DNA of 64,000 bases from an uncultured cyanobacterium (GCA_963765575.1 CAVXWZ010000001.1:256001-320000), one strand, 5' to 3'; positions 1-9,280 are shown, counted from the first letter of the stretch. The notes: generated by a model from the sequence alone, not told the origin. Numbers and translations are program-made.

Positions 1-1855
1 CCTTCCCCAGCGCGGGCACAAAGGGCAGCCCAAGGGCAGCGGCCAGCCGTTCCGTGAAGGTCGGCACCAGCTCGGGATGGCGCCGGGAGGGAATGCAGGT
101 GAGCCACTCCGGCGGCGGGGCCGGACGCCACTGCTGGATCAGCTGGACGCAGCCCTCCACCAAGGCTGCATCGAAACTGCCGGTGGTGTCCTTGCCGCGT
201 TTGACCAATTCAGCCCAGCCGGCATCGGACCCGAAGCTCAGCGCCTTGCCGGGCTCCGCCTGGTGGTTCGCCGGGATGCGACCACGCAGGCCGTAGCTCG
301 GCAGGCCACCGGCGGGCCACTGCTTGCGCGGCGTGATGGCGATGCGCAGGTGGCGCAGAAAGCTGGCGGCCTCGCGGGCCAGGTCGGCTGGCACCTCTGC
401 CGGCAGTGGCGGCAGGGTGGGCGGCCCCACGGCACGGGGATCGCCATCGAGCGCCCCGATCAGAAAGGCCATGTGCTCTCCGAAGGGCAGATCCACATAG
501 GCCTGCATCTGCTGGGCTTCCGCCTGGCGCAGCTGGGTGAGGCGCTCCACCCGCTCCCAGAAGCCGGGCTGGAGGGAGGCCGGCAGGCGCTGCCAGCGGC
601 TGCCCTGCTTGCCGATCGGTGCCGGTGTCTCCAGCGAGAGGATCTTGAGGGCCTGCTGCAGCCGGCCCTTGGGCAGGTTGAGCTGGCCCAGCAGCTGGGC
701 TTCGCTGCTGCCCTCGTCGGGGCCCTGCTCCAGGGCCTCCAGCAGGCCCTCGACCTGGCTGCGGGTGGGGAAGGCGCTGCGGATGAACCAGCTGTTGATC
801 GCCTGCTCTTCCTCGCCGCTGAGCAACACGCCATAGGCGGACGGCAGGGCCCGGCCGGCACGACCCACCTGCTGGTAGTAGGCCACCACCGATCCCGGCA
901 CCTGGTAGTGGATCACGAAGCCCAGATCGGGTTTGTCGTAGCCCATGCCCAGGGCGGTGGTGGCCACGAGGGCCTTGCACCGGTTGGCGATCAGGGCCGC
1001 CTCCAGCTGCTCACGATCGCCGTTGTCCATTGCTCCCGTGTACGCACGGGCGTCAAGGCCGCAGGTCTGCAGCCACTCCGCCACCAGGACGGCATCGCGG
1101 GTGGTGAGCGTGTAGACGATGCCGCTGCCCTCCAGCTCTGGCAGGGTCTGGGCGAGCCAGGCCAGGCGTGCCGGCTGGCTGGGGAGGCGGAGGCTCTGGA
1201 GGCTGAGCGAGGGGCGGTGCAGATCACCGCGCTGAATGCTGAGGTTGGGGCCGAGCTCGCGCTGCAGGTCGGCCATCACCCGGTCGCTGGCGGTGGCGGT
1301 GGTGGCCAGCAGGCTCACATTGGGCAGGGCCTGCACCAGCCGGCCGACGCTGCGGTAGTCGGGCCGGAAGTCGTGGCCCCAGTCGGAGATGCAGTGGGCC
1401 TCATCGATCACCACCAGGCTGGGGTTGAGGTCAGCCAGGGGGCCGCGGATGAACTCCGGGGCGTTGAGGCGCTCTGGCGAAATCAGCAGGATGTCGACCT
1501 GGCCCTCGCTCACCTGCTGCTCCACCGCCCGCCATTGCTCGGCGTTGGTGGAGTTCACCGTGCGGGCCACCAGGCCCATGCGCTCGGCGGCGGCGATCTG
1601 GTTGCGCATCAACGCCAGCAGCGGGGAGATCAGCAGCGCCGGGCCACGGCCGGCATCGCGCAGCAGCCGGCAGGCGATGAAATACACAAAGCTCTTGCCC
1701 CAGCCGGTCTTCTGCACCACCAGCAGCCGGCTGCCGAGCTCACAGACGGCCTCGATGGCCTGCAGCTGGCCTTTGCGGAAGTGGGCACCGGGGTTGGCGG
1801 AGCCCTGGCGGAGCAGGGCCAGGGCCCGGGCGGCATCGAAGACGGCAGGGTCCAT
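1..1855 (-). CDS. RecQ-family DNA helicase with C-terminal ComF/PRTase-like domain (RqlH-type); runs off the left window edge
   Basis: Manual translation from ATG 1855: MDPAVFDAARAL...VVQKTGWGKS (Walker A), IDEAHCISDWGHDFRPDY; near the edge WRPAPPPEWLTCIPSRRHPELVPTFTERLAAALGLPF. Confidence 0.9.
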   Translation of the reverse strand, partial: MDPAVFDAARALALLRQGSANPGAHFRKGQLQAIEAVCELGSRLLVVQKTGWGKSFVYFIACRLLRDAGRGPALLISPLLALMRNQIAAAERMGLVARTVNSTNAEQWRAVEQQVSEGQVDILLISPERLNAPEFIRGPLADLNPSLVVIDEAHCISDWGHDFRPDYRSVGRLVQALPNVSLLATTATASDRVMADLQRELGPNLSIQRGDLHRPSLSLQSLRLPSQPARLAWLAQTLPELEGSGIVYTLTTRDAVLVAEWLQTCGLDARAYTGAMDNGDREQLEAALIANRCKALVATTALGMGYDKPDLGFVIHYQVPGSVVAYYQQVGRAGRALPSAYGVLLSGEEEQAINSWFIRSAFPTRSQVEGLLEALEQGPDEGSSEAQLLGQLNLPKGRLQQALKILSLETPAPIGKQGSRWQRLPASLQPGFWERVERLTQLRQAEAQQMQAYVDLPFGEHMAFLIGALDGDPRAVGPPTLPPLPAEVPADLAREAASFLRHLRIAITPRKQWPAGGLPSYGLRGRIPANHQAEPGKALSFGSDAGWAELVKRGKDTTGSFDAALVEGCVQLIQQWRPAPPPEWLTCIPSRRHPELVPTFTERLAAALGLPFVPALGK

Positions 1856-1985
1856 CAGCACAAGCAGGATCTGTTCAGGGACTGCCCAGCGGCAGCGCGG
1901 GGGGGAGGCGACAACCCAGGTGGGCTGGGTCGTGTTGGGAGGCCGGCCAAATCGGCCTGCACCACCACGGCGCCGCGGCACAGGC

Positions 1986-2747
1986 TCATGCGGGCAGAAG
2001 GGAATCCAGGAAACTCAGCGGTCGCGCCATCGACTCGGAGAAACCCAAAATCCCGCGGTCGCGGTGCTGGTGGATGAGGCTGTCGTCCGCATCCACAAGG
2101 AATGTGCCTCCCCGTTGCGTGAGGTAGTCGTCGAGCGGCACATAGGTGCGCCAGTGCCTCAGCACCTCTCCCATGTTGCGCAGCCGAATCGTCGCCAGCT
2201 CGAACGGTCGCTGGAAGCCCCTGCCGCCGGCACGGGCAAACAGCGCACCGCGAAGCGGCGGCAATGGTGGCGCCTCAATCAGCTCATCGTCGCCGATCCG
2301 CTGCGGAGCACTGCGATCTCCCGTGTACCCCCGCAGCACTTCCGCCAGGGTGCCCGGCGATCCAATCCCGGCGCACATCAACAGCAGGTTTCCCCATGGC
2401 CCGATCGGCAGCTGCAGACCCCCGTACAACCCCAGCTGGCGATGCAGTTCCGGGCTCCCTTCCACCCACAGGCGCTCGATCGGAAAGCCCGTGTAGGAGC
2501 AAAAGCGCTCTCGCCCCGCCCCATTGCCGATCCCGATCGCGGCGATGGCCACACCCGCCTCCTCAAGCCGCGGCAGCCATGGCACCAGGGCCTGGGCGTA
2601 CTCAAGGCTGTCGAAATCTCCCAGCTGGCCCCACACCACCAGCAGCCGGCGCTGTCCCGATTCCATCCCGGGCATGGTCCACAGCCGCTCCAGCAACAGC
2701 TGGGGTGCTCGCACCCACGGCGCCAGGTCAACAGCCTCGTTTGGCAT
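1986..2747 (-). CDS. Peroxiredoxin-like (AhpC/TSA_2) family protein
   Basis: 253 aa; GQLGDFDSLEYAQAL, CAGIGSPGTLAEVLRGYTGD, QRPFELATIRLRNM, TQRGGTFL. Confidence 0.8.
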   Translation of the reverse strand: MPNEAVDLAPWVRAPQLLLERLWTMPGMESGQRRLLVVWGQLGDFDSLEYAQALVPWLPRLEEAGVAIAAIGIGNGAGRERFCSYTGFPIERLWVEGSPELHRQLGLYGGLQLPIGPWGNLLLMCAGIGSPGTLAEVLRGYTGDRSAPQRIGDDELIEAPPLPPLRGALFARAGGRGFQRPFELATIRLRNMGEVLRHWRTYVPLDDYLTQRGGTFLVDADDSLIHQHRDRGILGFSESMARPLSFLDSLLPA

Positions 2748-2862
2748 GCAGGGGAGGGCTCAGGGCAGTTGGACGCCAGCATGGCTGGATCGGCCTGCTC
2801 GCGTCAGCTGCCCGGGGCCGCTCGAGCTGCACGCCAAGGAAGGACCCTGCCTCGACAGATCC

Positions 2863-2880
2863 GTCACAGACTGTTACAGT
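2863..2880 (+). promoter_or_regulatory. HLR1-like (RpaB-type) direct repeat overlapping the hli -10 box
   Basis: GTCACAGA-CT-GTTACAGT, 10-bp period, contains TACAGT; 24 nt before hli ATG. Confidence 0.55.
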
Positions 2881-2903
2881 CTTCGCAACACCACTTCACA
2901 CTC

Positions 2904-3047
2904 ATGTCCGACACCACCTCCCGCTTCGGTTTCAGCGCCTTCGCCGAAACCTGGAATGGCCGCCTGGCCATGCTCGGCTTCGTGATCGGCCTCGGCACCG
3001 AGCTGCTCACCGGCCAGGGCATCCTCTCCCAGATCGGCCTGGGTTGA
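2904..3047 (+). CDS. hli: High-light-inducible protein (HLIP), 47 aa
   Basis: MSDTTSRFGFSAFAETWNGRLAMLGFVIGLGTELLTGQGILSQIGLG; ExxNGRxAM motif. Confidence 0.95.
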   Translation: MSDTTSRFGFSAFAETWNGRLAMLGFVIGLGTELLTGQGILSQIGLG

Positions 3048-3052
3048 TCGCC

Positions 3053-3172
3053 ATGGGTACCGACTACTCCGCAGCCATCGCCGGCGTCACCGGCCTGGTC
3101 ATCATCCTCACGGCGATGGTGGCTTTTGTTCTCAGTCGCCCCAGCGACCTCGCCCCGCACAACAGCCGATGA
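3053..3172 (+). CDS. Small single-TM hypothetical protein, 39 aa
   Basis: MGTDYSAAIAGVTGLVIILTAMVAFVLSRPSDLAPHNSR; fills the gap between two hli genes with ATGA overlap. Confidence 0.65.
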   Translation: MGTDYSAAIAGVTGLVIILTAMVAFVLSRPSDLAPHNSR

Positions 3173-3405
3173 CCAACACCCCCAGCAGCAACCAGTGGCT
3201 CGAAGAGCGCGCCACCCAGGACGCGCACATGGAGCAGCTCAAGCGAGCTGAACGCTTCAACGGCCGCGCGGCGATGCTGGGCATCGTCATCGGTGTGGTG
3301 GTGGAAGGGCTCACGGGCTTCGGCATTGCCCACCAGATCGGCCTCGGCCCGCTGGTGGATGGCTACGCCGCCTGCCGCACCCAGTTCCTGCCCTTCTGCT
3401 TCTGA
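3169..3405 (+). CDS. hli: HLIP-family protein with Cys-containing C-terminal tail
   Basis: AERFNGRAAMLG motif, TM segment, tail DGYAACRTQFLPFCF. Confidence 0.9.
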   Translation: MTNTPSSNQWLEERATQDAHMEQLKRAERFNGRAAMLGIVIGVVVEGLTGFGIAHQIGLGPLVDGYAACRTQFLPFCF

Positions 3406-3496
3406 GGCTCTCGCAAGACGAGAGTCCCTTCATCCCCCGGGCCCTACGGCTGAGCACAATCCTGTTATGCTGCTATCGGCATACCGCTGAGTCACC

Positions 3497-3985
3497 GTGC
3501 AGCCTCCTATCCGTTTCGAGCCCTGGGCTCGCCGCTTCCGCCAGGGCTGCACTGCAGCTCTGGCGGCTTTGCTTGTTGTCCTGGTGCTTGTGGCCCCGGC
3601 CATGGCCGAGGAGCGCTGGTCGCTCAGTGATGAGGCCGGGCAACGCTTCCAGGCCTCGGTGTTCGAGCAGCCCTATCCCGACTATCCAAGTGGTTGGCGC
3701 CTGCGCCTGAATGCCCTTGGGGCCGGCACCGAGCTCGACCATGCCGATGCGCTACAGCTCAACGACGCCACGGGTCAGACCTGGAATCTGCGCAACCGCA
3801 GCGAGGAGATCGTGCCACCCGATGGCACGCCCGTGCCGGCGGGTTCCGCCCAGTTCGACCTCGATGAGCTCACCCCCCGCCCCAGCGAGGCCCTGCCCCT
3901 GCAGCTCACCTTCACCAGCGCCGCTGGGCCGGTGCGCATTGACCTCACGCCCGAGCAGACCCTGACGCTGCACGACCTGGCCTGA
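3497..3985 (+). CDS. Exported protein, DUF3122-like
   Basis: Signal peptide ending APAMA; SLSDEAGQRFQASVFE, WRLRL, AQFDL. Confidence 0.65.
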   Translation: MQPPIRFEPWARRFRQGCTAALAALLVVLVLVAPAMAEERWSLSDEAGQRFQASVFEQPYPDYPSGWRLRLNALGAGTELDHADALQLNDATGQTWNLRNRSEEIVPPDGTPVPAGSAQFDLDELTPRPSEALPLQLTFTSAAGPVRIDLTPEQTLTLHDLA

Positions 3986-4342
3986 GCCTGGCCGCAGCAC
4001 TCGGATCCAACCTTTTCCACAGGTTTACCCCAGGCTCGATCGGCCTGATCCCTGGCCCCGTGCCGAGGGTCGGCCGCGAATGGGGAGAACGTTCAACGCT
4101 GGGCAGAGCTCTGAAATCTGTGGCGATGGTTACCGACTTGCCGCCCATGGGCCCCAGATCGATTGCCGCGCAGCGGGTCTCGCTGTGAGCAAGCCAGATC
4201 CCATGGTGAGTCCGTCTCGCGGCGTCTTCGCTGGCCCTTGGGGCTGAAGGCGGTGGCCCCGGGTTTGAGCAAAGCCCGCCGCTGGCTGAAGCCGTGGCCC
4301 TCCCCCTGGATGTGGAAAACCAGGCCAGAGCAGGCGGCCAGC

Positions 4343-4366
4343 AAAAAGCCGCCCCGCGGGGCGGCT
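4343..4366 (-). terminator. Rho-independent terminator of rbp
   Basis: Minus strand AGCCGCCCCGCGGGGCGGCT hairpin followed by T-run, ~40 nt after rbp stop. Confidence 0.8.
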
Positions 4367-4404
4367 GAGCAGGGCACCCGTGGGGCCCTGGCCTGGGACT
4401 GGAT

Positions 4405-4704
4405 TTACCAGCGGGAACGGCCACCACCGCCACCGCCGCCACCACCGCCTGCACCAGCGGCGGGACGAGGCTCGGCTTTGTTGACGCGGATGTTGCGTCC
4501 CATCCACTCCACATTCTGGAGATCTTCGATGGCCTTGGTTTCGTCGGCGGCGTTAGCCATTTCGACAAAGGCAAAGCCACGCTTGCGACCGGTGTCGCGA
4601 TCGAGGGGCAGGGTGCACTTGCGCACTTCGCCGTACTCGGCGAACAGGTGCTGGAGGTCCTCCACTTCGGCGTCGAAGGAGAGGTTGCCTACGTAAATGG
4701 TCAT
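4405..4704 (-). CDS. rbp: RRM RNA-binding protein with Gly-rich tail
   Basis: RNP2 IYVGNL, RNP1 RGFAFVEM, poly-Gly C-terminus. Confidence 0.95.
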   Translation of the reverse strand: MTIYVGNLSFDAEVEDLQHLFAEYGEVRKCTLPLDRDTGRKRGFAFVEMANAADETKAIEDLQNVEWMGRNIRVNKAEPRPAAGAGGGGGGGGGGRSRW

Positions 4705-4947
4705 GAACTGGGATGAAAGTATGAACCTGATTCGTCGAAAGCCCTGAAGAAAGTTGCTGGCCTGGTGGAGAAATTCTGTGGAACTCGCCGCGCTGGGGAG
4801 AAACCTGCTGAAGACTGATCTCTGAATCGATTCAAGCTTACAGCACCCCCGTGGACGATCCCCTGATTGACCCCCGACGGGGGGCGCTGGCTCTGCCGCC
4901 CGTTGGGGCGCTGCGGCCAGACTGCTGCCCTTTGCTGCCTTGACCCG

Positions 4948-5322
4948 ATGGCCGTGCCCACCGCCAGCCCGTCGCTGCTGAACCGGATCGCCCGGGTGCT
5001 GCTCTGCCTGGTGTTCATCCAGTCGCTGATCGGCAAGCTCACGGGCTTTGACGGACCCGCCGCTGCCATTGCCGCCAGGGGCCTGCCGCTGGCACCGGCT
5101 CTGCTGGTGATGGCCATGGCGCTGATGGCCGTTGGCTCAGCCCTGGTGATCAGCGGCTGGAAGGCTCGGCTGGGGGCGGTGTTGCTGCTGGTGTTCCTGG
5201 TGCCCACCAGCGTCCTGTTCCATGGCGAGGTGACCGATCCCGGCGAGCGGATCCAGTTGCTCAAGAACCTGGCGATCGTGGGCGGTCTGCTGCTGGTGGT
5301 GGACCAGGACAGCAGGCCCTGA
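4948..5322 (+). CDS. DoxX family membrane protein
   Basis: IARVLLCLVFI, FLVPTSVLFH, LLKNLAIVGGLL; ATG 4948 preferred over TTG 4867. Confidence 0.85.
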   Translation: MAVPTASPSLLNRIARVLLCLVFIQSLIGKLTGFDGPAAAIAARGLPLAPALLVMAMALMAVGSALVISGWKARLGAVLLLVFLVPTSVLFHGEVTDPGERIQLLKNLAIVGGLLLVVDQDSRP

Positions 5323-5702
5323 AGGACTGACAGCAGAGGCTGCGCCGGACTTCGGGGCCGGGTGGGGCCTCCAGGACCTCAGGCTGCCCGTGGTCCCGGC
5401 GGACCCCAGGGACAAGAGGCCGGCGGTGGGAGTGCTTGTATCGCTCCCATATGTTGTTCAGAACAGCAACGAACCCGGGGTTGATGATCGGGATGGTGCA
5501 CGCCTGGACGGCTGATGGGATGGCCATGGCGGCCGATGTGTTGCCGATCACCTGTCACCTGAATTCCATTCCGGTCGTTGCCCGTGAGAGAGAGGTATGA
5601 ACCCCGATCGAACGGCTGAGAGGGCTGAATCTTGCAAGCCTTGACGTTGCTCTCCAACCATGGCTAGCAATAGGGAAACCTGAAAGGTTGAGAGATCATC
5701 CC

Positions 5703-6908
5703 ATGAGTACTTCACACGACTTTGTACTTCTGAGAGATCTGAGCCTCGGCCGCCGGACCACCGGACTTTCCACCCCTTCTCTGCCCTATCCCGGTCTTGG
5801 CAGCTACGGCGCCACATCTGCTGTGGAGTTGCCTCCCGAGCCCTCGATCGCGGTGGAGCGCCTGGATGCCGCTGACCTGCGAGAGGCGGCCCGCGATCCC
5901 AATGTCCTGGGGGTGGCACGCTCCATGCCCACCCGTCTGATCACCCCCTCCAGCGGCGATGCCGCTGCGGTTGCCACCGGTGACACCTGGGGAGTGCGCG
6001 CGGTGGGGGCGGACCGCAGCTCCTTCGATGGAGCCGGGGTCGTGGTGGCGGTGCTGGACACCGGAATCGACCAGGCCCACCCCGCCTTTGCGGGGGTGAC
6101 GATCACCGAGAAGGATTTCTCCGGTTCGGGCCCCGGAGACGCCAACGGCCATGGCACCCATTGCGCCGGCACGATCTTCGGCCGGGATGTGGACGGCACG
6201 CGGATCGGTGTGGCCCGGGGGGTGACCAGCGCCCTGATCGGCAAGGTGCTGGGCGATGACGGCGGCGGCAGCTCGGAGATGTTGTTCAACGGCATGGAGT
6301 GGGCCTCGCGTCTCAATGCCCAGGTGCTGTCGATGTCGCTCGGGTTCGACTTCCCCGGCATGTCGGCCCGGCTGGTGGCCGGGGGCTGGCCCACCGAGCT
6401 CGCCACCAGTGCCGCCCTGGAGAGTTACCGGATGAACCTGCGCATGTTCGACCGGTTGCTGGCGATGATTGAAGCCCGCGCCGCCTTCAATGGCGGCACG
6501 GTGGTGGTAGCCGCCAGCGGCAATGAGTCCCGTCGTCCCGACTACGAACTGTCGGCGTCGGTCCCGGCGGCGGCCCTGGGGGTGATTTCCGTGGGTGCCC
6601 TGGGAGAGGACCCGGCGGGTTTCACGGTGGCACCCTTCTCCAACACCAACCCCGTGCTGGCGGCCCCGGGGGTGAATGTGGTCTCGGCCGCGACCGGTGG
6701 TGGCCTGGTGGCCCTGAGCGGCACCAGCATGGCCACGCCCCATGTGGCGGGTGTGGCGGCGCTGTGGTGGCAGGCCATCGGCGATGGTCGGATCCCCGTC
6801 AATGCCGCCGCCGTCAATGCACGGCTGCGGGCCTCATGCACCCGGGAGGGACTGGCGCCAGGGCTCGATGTGCTCGACCGTGGCGATGGTCTGGTGCAGG
6901 TTCCCTGA
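5703..6908 (+). CDS. S8 (subtilisin-like) serine peptidase
   Basis: Triad motifs VLDTG, HGTHCAG, GTSMATPHVAG; oxyanion ASGN; no obvious signal peptide. Confidence 0.93.
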   Translation: MSTSHDFVLLRDLSLGRRTTGLSTPSLPYPGLGSYGATSAVELPPEPSIAVERLDAADLREAARDPNVLGVARSMPTRLITPSSGDAAAVATGDTWGVRAVGADRSSFDGAGVVVAVLDTGIDQAHPAFAGVTITEKDFSGSGPGDANGHGTHCAGTIFGRDVDGTRIGVARGVTSALIGKVLGDDGGGSSEMLFNGMEWASRLNAQVLSMSLGFDFPGMSARLVAGGWPTELATSAALESYRMNLRMFDRLLAMIEARAAFNGGTVVVAASGNESRRPDYELSASVPAAALGVISVGALGEDPAGFTVAPFSNTNPVLAAPGVNVVSAATGGGLVALSGTSMATPHVAGVAALWWQAIGDGRIPVNAAAVNARLRASCTREGLAPGLDVLDRGDGLVQVP

Positions 6909-6958
6909 GCTGGGCGCGAGCTGATGGCTGGGGGCAGGCGCGAGTCGCTGTCCAGGAA

Positions 6959-7043
6959 CGGAGGGGGTGGGATTCGAACCCACGGACCCTTGCGGGTCGC
7001 CGGTTTTCAAGACCGGAGCCATCAACCACTCGACCACCCCTCC
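6959..7043 (-). tRNA. trnS: tRNA-Ser(TGA)
   Basis: GGAGGGGTGGTCGAGTGGTTGATGGCTCCGGTCTTGAAAACCGGCGACCCGCAAGGGTCCGTGGGTTCGAATCCCACCCCCTCCG; long variable arm, anticodon TGA. Confidence 0.97.
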
Positions 7044-7187
7044 AGGCGTCGGCGGCCCCCGCAGGAGCTGGGGCAAGTCTCCCACGGGCGAGGCTGGCGG
7101 GTCTGGTGATCCCTACCGGCACCGCCCTTCGCCATCACAAAGCCACTGCATAGGGTTGTTGGACACCTGCCACCATCACCACGATTC

Positions 7188-7505
7188 ATGGAGCCCATCC
7201 AGCCCATTCCCGACGCCATCAGTCACCGCCAGCTGGCCCAGTTGCTGGACAGTGCCGCGGTTGAGTCCGGCACCCCTGAGGTGAACGACGGCCGTGAAGC
7301 TGGCGCCGATCGCCAGCGAGAACTGGAGGCTCTGCTGCAGGCCTACGGCCGGCTGAGCGTGCAGCTGCTTAAGGCCTTGGAGGGCAACACCCAGGAGCTG
7401 GCGCGGGGCCGCAGCCCCCGTCAGTTGATGGCGATGGGCGCCCTGCGGGCCCATGCCCAGATGGCTTTGCAGGCCCTCAACGCACATCGGGATAGAGGCG
7501 CCTGA
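7188..7505 (+). CDS. Hypothetical helical protein, 105 aa
   Basis: Plausible codon usage and helical composition; TAGGGT -10-like hexamer upstream. Confidence 0.7.
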   Translation: MEPIQPIPDAISHRQLAQLLDSAAVESGTPEVNDGREAGADRQRELEALLQAYGRLSVQLLKALEGNTQELARGRSPRQLMAMGALRAHAQMALQALNAHRDRGA

Positions 7506-8226
7506 GACGTTGCGGTGGCACCCCCAGGCCCCAGAGCACCCCGATCCAGAGGTAGAGCGCCGTGGCTTTCCAGGGGCCCCACTGGCGCACCCGCCGGTCG
7601 GAGCTGATCACCACCCGCTGGATCAGGGCGATGCGGCCCAGCTTCGCCAGGCGCAGGCAGAGGTCGCCGTCCTCCAGCACGGGCAGTTCGGGGTTGAACC
7701 CGCCGCAGCGCTCGAAACTGAGGCGGCGCATCACCATCACCTGATCGCCAAACAACAGCCGCAGGCCGCGCAAGAACAGGTGGGGGCGAAACAGCAGCGG
7801 CGCCATGGAGGTCTTGGCGGTATTGAGGGCCGAGATCAGCCAGCGGGTGTTGGCTTCGCCGCACATCAGCGACACAAAGCCGGCTGCGGCCACACCGGGA
7901 TCGGCGAGGGTGTGGGCCGTGACCGCCACCAGGTCGTGGGGCACCAGGGTGTCGGCGTGCAGAAAGCAGAGCAGGTCGCCGCTGGCCCGGGCGGCGCCCA
8001 GGTTCATCTGGGCCGCCCGGCCCCGGCGGGATGCGCGCAGCACGGTGGCCCCGGCGGCGGCGGCGATGGCGATGGTGCCATCGCTGCTGCCCCCATCCAC
8101 CACCAGCACTTCGAGGGGCGGCGGATCGAGCACCTGCAGCTGCCGCAGGGTGCGTCCCAGCCAGGCCTCCTCGTTGAGGGCGGGAATGATGATCGAGAGC
8201 GAGGGTGCCGGCGGCGGCAGGCTCAC
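7477..8226 (-). CDS. Family 2 glycosyltransferase (TIGR04283-like)
   Basis: SIIIPALNEE, VVDGGSSDGT, GRAAQMNLGA, FLHADT, FGDQ, LEDGDL; GTGA overlap with upstream SDR. Confidence 0.88.
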   Translation of the reverse strand: MSLPPPAPSLSIIIPALNEEAWLGRTLRQLQVLDPPPLEVLVVDGGSSDGTIAIAAAAGATVLRASRRGRAAQMNLGAARASGDLLCFLHADTLVPHDLVAVTAHTLADPGVAAAGFVSLMCGEANTRWLISALNTAKTSMAPLLFRPHLFLRGLRLLFGDQVMVMRRLSFERCGGFNPELPVLEDGDLCLRLAKLGRIALIQRVVISSDRRVRQWGPWKATALYLWIGVLWGLGVPPQRLRRLYPDVR

Positions 8227-8888
8227 CAGGGCAGCTCCTCGCCGTTGGCATGGCGGAAGCGGCCGCTGTCCTCCAGGGAGAGGGCATCGATGCGCTGCAG
8301 CAACCCCTGCACCGAGGTGCGTGGCGTGATGCCGCTGGAGCTGAAGCCGGTCATGCGGGTGCTGACCAGGCCCGGATGCAGGATCGCCACGGCGATGCCG
8401 CGGGGTGCCAGGTCGATCGCCAGCGACTTGCCGGCCATGCACAGGGCCGTCTTCGACATCCGGTAGCCGTAATAGCTGCCGGAATCGTTGTCGGCGATCG
8501 AGCCCATGCGGCTGGTGATCAGCACCACCTTGGCCCCCCGTCTGAGCGCGGGCAGCAGGGCGCGGGTGAGCATCAGGGGCGCGACCGCATTCACCTCGAA
8601 CTGGCGGCGCAGACCGTCAGCGCTCACACTCTCGAGGCTGTCGGCCTCCAGCCGGCCGGCGTTGTGGATCAGGCCATCAAGGCCCTGATCCCCCAGCCGT
8701 CGCTGCAGCTCCGGGCCGGTGTCGGCGGCGGTGATGTCGAGGCCGGCCTCGATGCGCACCCCCAGCTGCTCCAGCTCCGGTGAGGAGCTGCGGCACACCG
8801 CCAGCACCGTCTCGCCGCGGTCCCGCAGCTGGCGGCACAGTTCCAGGCCGATGCCGCGGTTGGCGCCGGTGATCAGCAGCGTGCTCAT
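8223..8888 (-). CDS. Short-chain dehydrogenase/reductase (CsgA-like)
   Basis: TGANRGIG, HNAG, YRMSK, LHPGLVSTRM. Confidence 0.92.
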   Translation of the reverse strand: MSTLLITGANRGIGLELCRQLRDRGETVLAVCRSSSPELEQLGVRIEAGLDITAADTGPELQRRLGDQGLDGLIHNAGRLEADSLESVSADGLRRQFEVNAVAPLMLTRALLPALRRGAKVVLITSRMGSIADNDSGSYYGYRMSKTALCMAGKSLAIDLAPRGIAVAILHPGLVSTRMTGFSSSGITPRTSVQGLLQRIDALSLEDSGRFRHANGEELPW

Positions 8889-9280
8889 GGCCTGGGGAGG
8901 GGGCTGAAGGTCACGGGCTCGTACTTGGCGATCGACGCCGTCCAGGCCTTTGAAGCCAGGCCCTGGAGTGCCTGCAGCACCTGCTCGGTGTCGCCCCCGG
9001 CGATCCACTGGGCCTTGAGTTTGGGCAGCTGCTCGTTCATCACCTCCAGCGGCATCACCAGCAGCAACAGGCTGGCGGCGCCGGCGGCCTGGCGCAGGGG
9101 CCCTGCAGCGCTGCGTTGCCAGATGCGCAGCAGCAGCTCCAGGGTCAGCGCGCGGCCGTCCTCACCCGGATCGTTGGCAGCGGCGGCCTCAGGGCCCAGG
9201 GATTTGCCGTTGAGCGGCAGGGCCCGCCCGCCGTCCTGCTCCAGGAAGCCGAGGGCGATCAGGTAGGGCGCTTCCGCCAT
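8885..9280 (-). CDS. Hypothetical protein, 131 aa
   Basis: ATGA-coupled to SDR; ALTLELLLRIWQRS. Confidence 0.75.
   Translation of the reverse strand: MAEAPYLIALGFLEQDGGRALPLNGKSLGPEAAAANDPGEDGRALTLELLLRIWQRSAAGPLRQAAGAASLLLLVMPLEVMNEQLPKLKAQWIAGGDTEQVLQALQGLASKAWTASIAKYEPVTFSPLPRP

Noticed and set aside
77..2077. 666-aa plus-strand ORF and similar long ORFs (18338-20572, 44541-48110, 59154-61553 and others)
   Set aside because: Antisense shadows of real genes in high-GC DNA; no recognisable motifs
5261..5657. Short ORFs upstream of the S8 protease as a RiPP precursor
   Set aside because: Several competing frames, none with leader/core features; no modification enzymes nearby
7477..8226. 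Arsenosugar or selenoneine cluster around the GT2 gene
   Set aside because: Partner genes (radical SAM, second glycosyltransferase, methyltransferase, SenA) are not in the window
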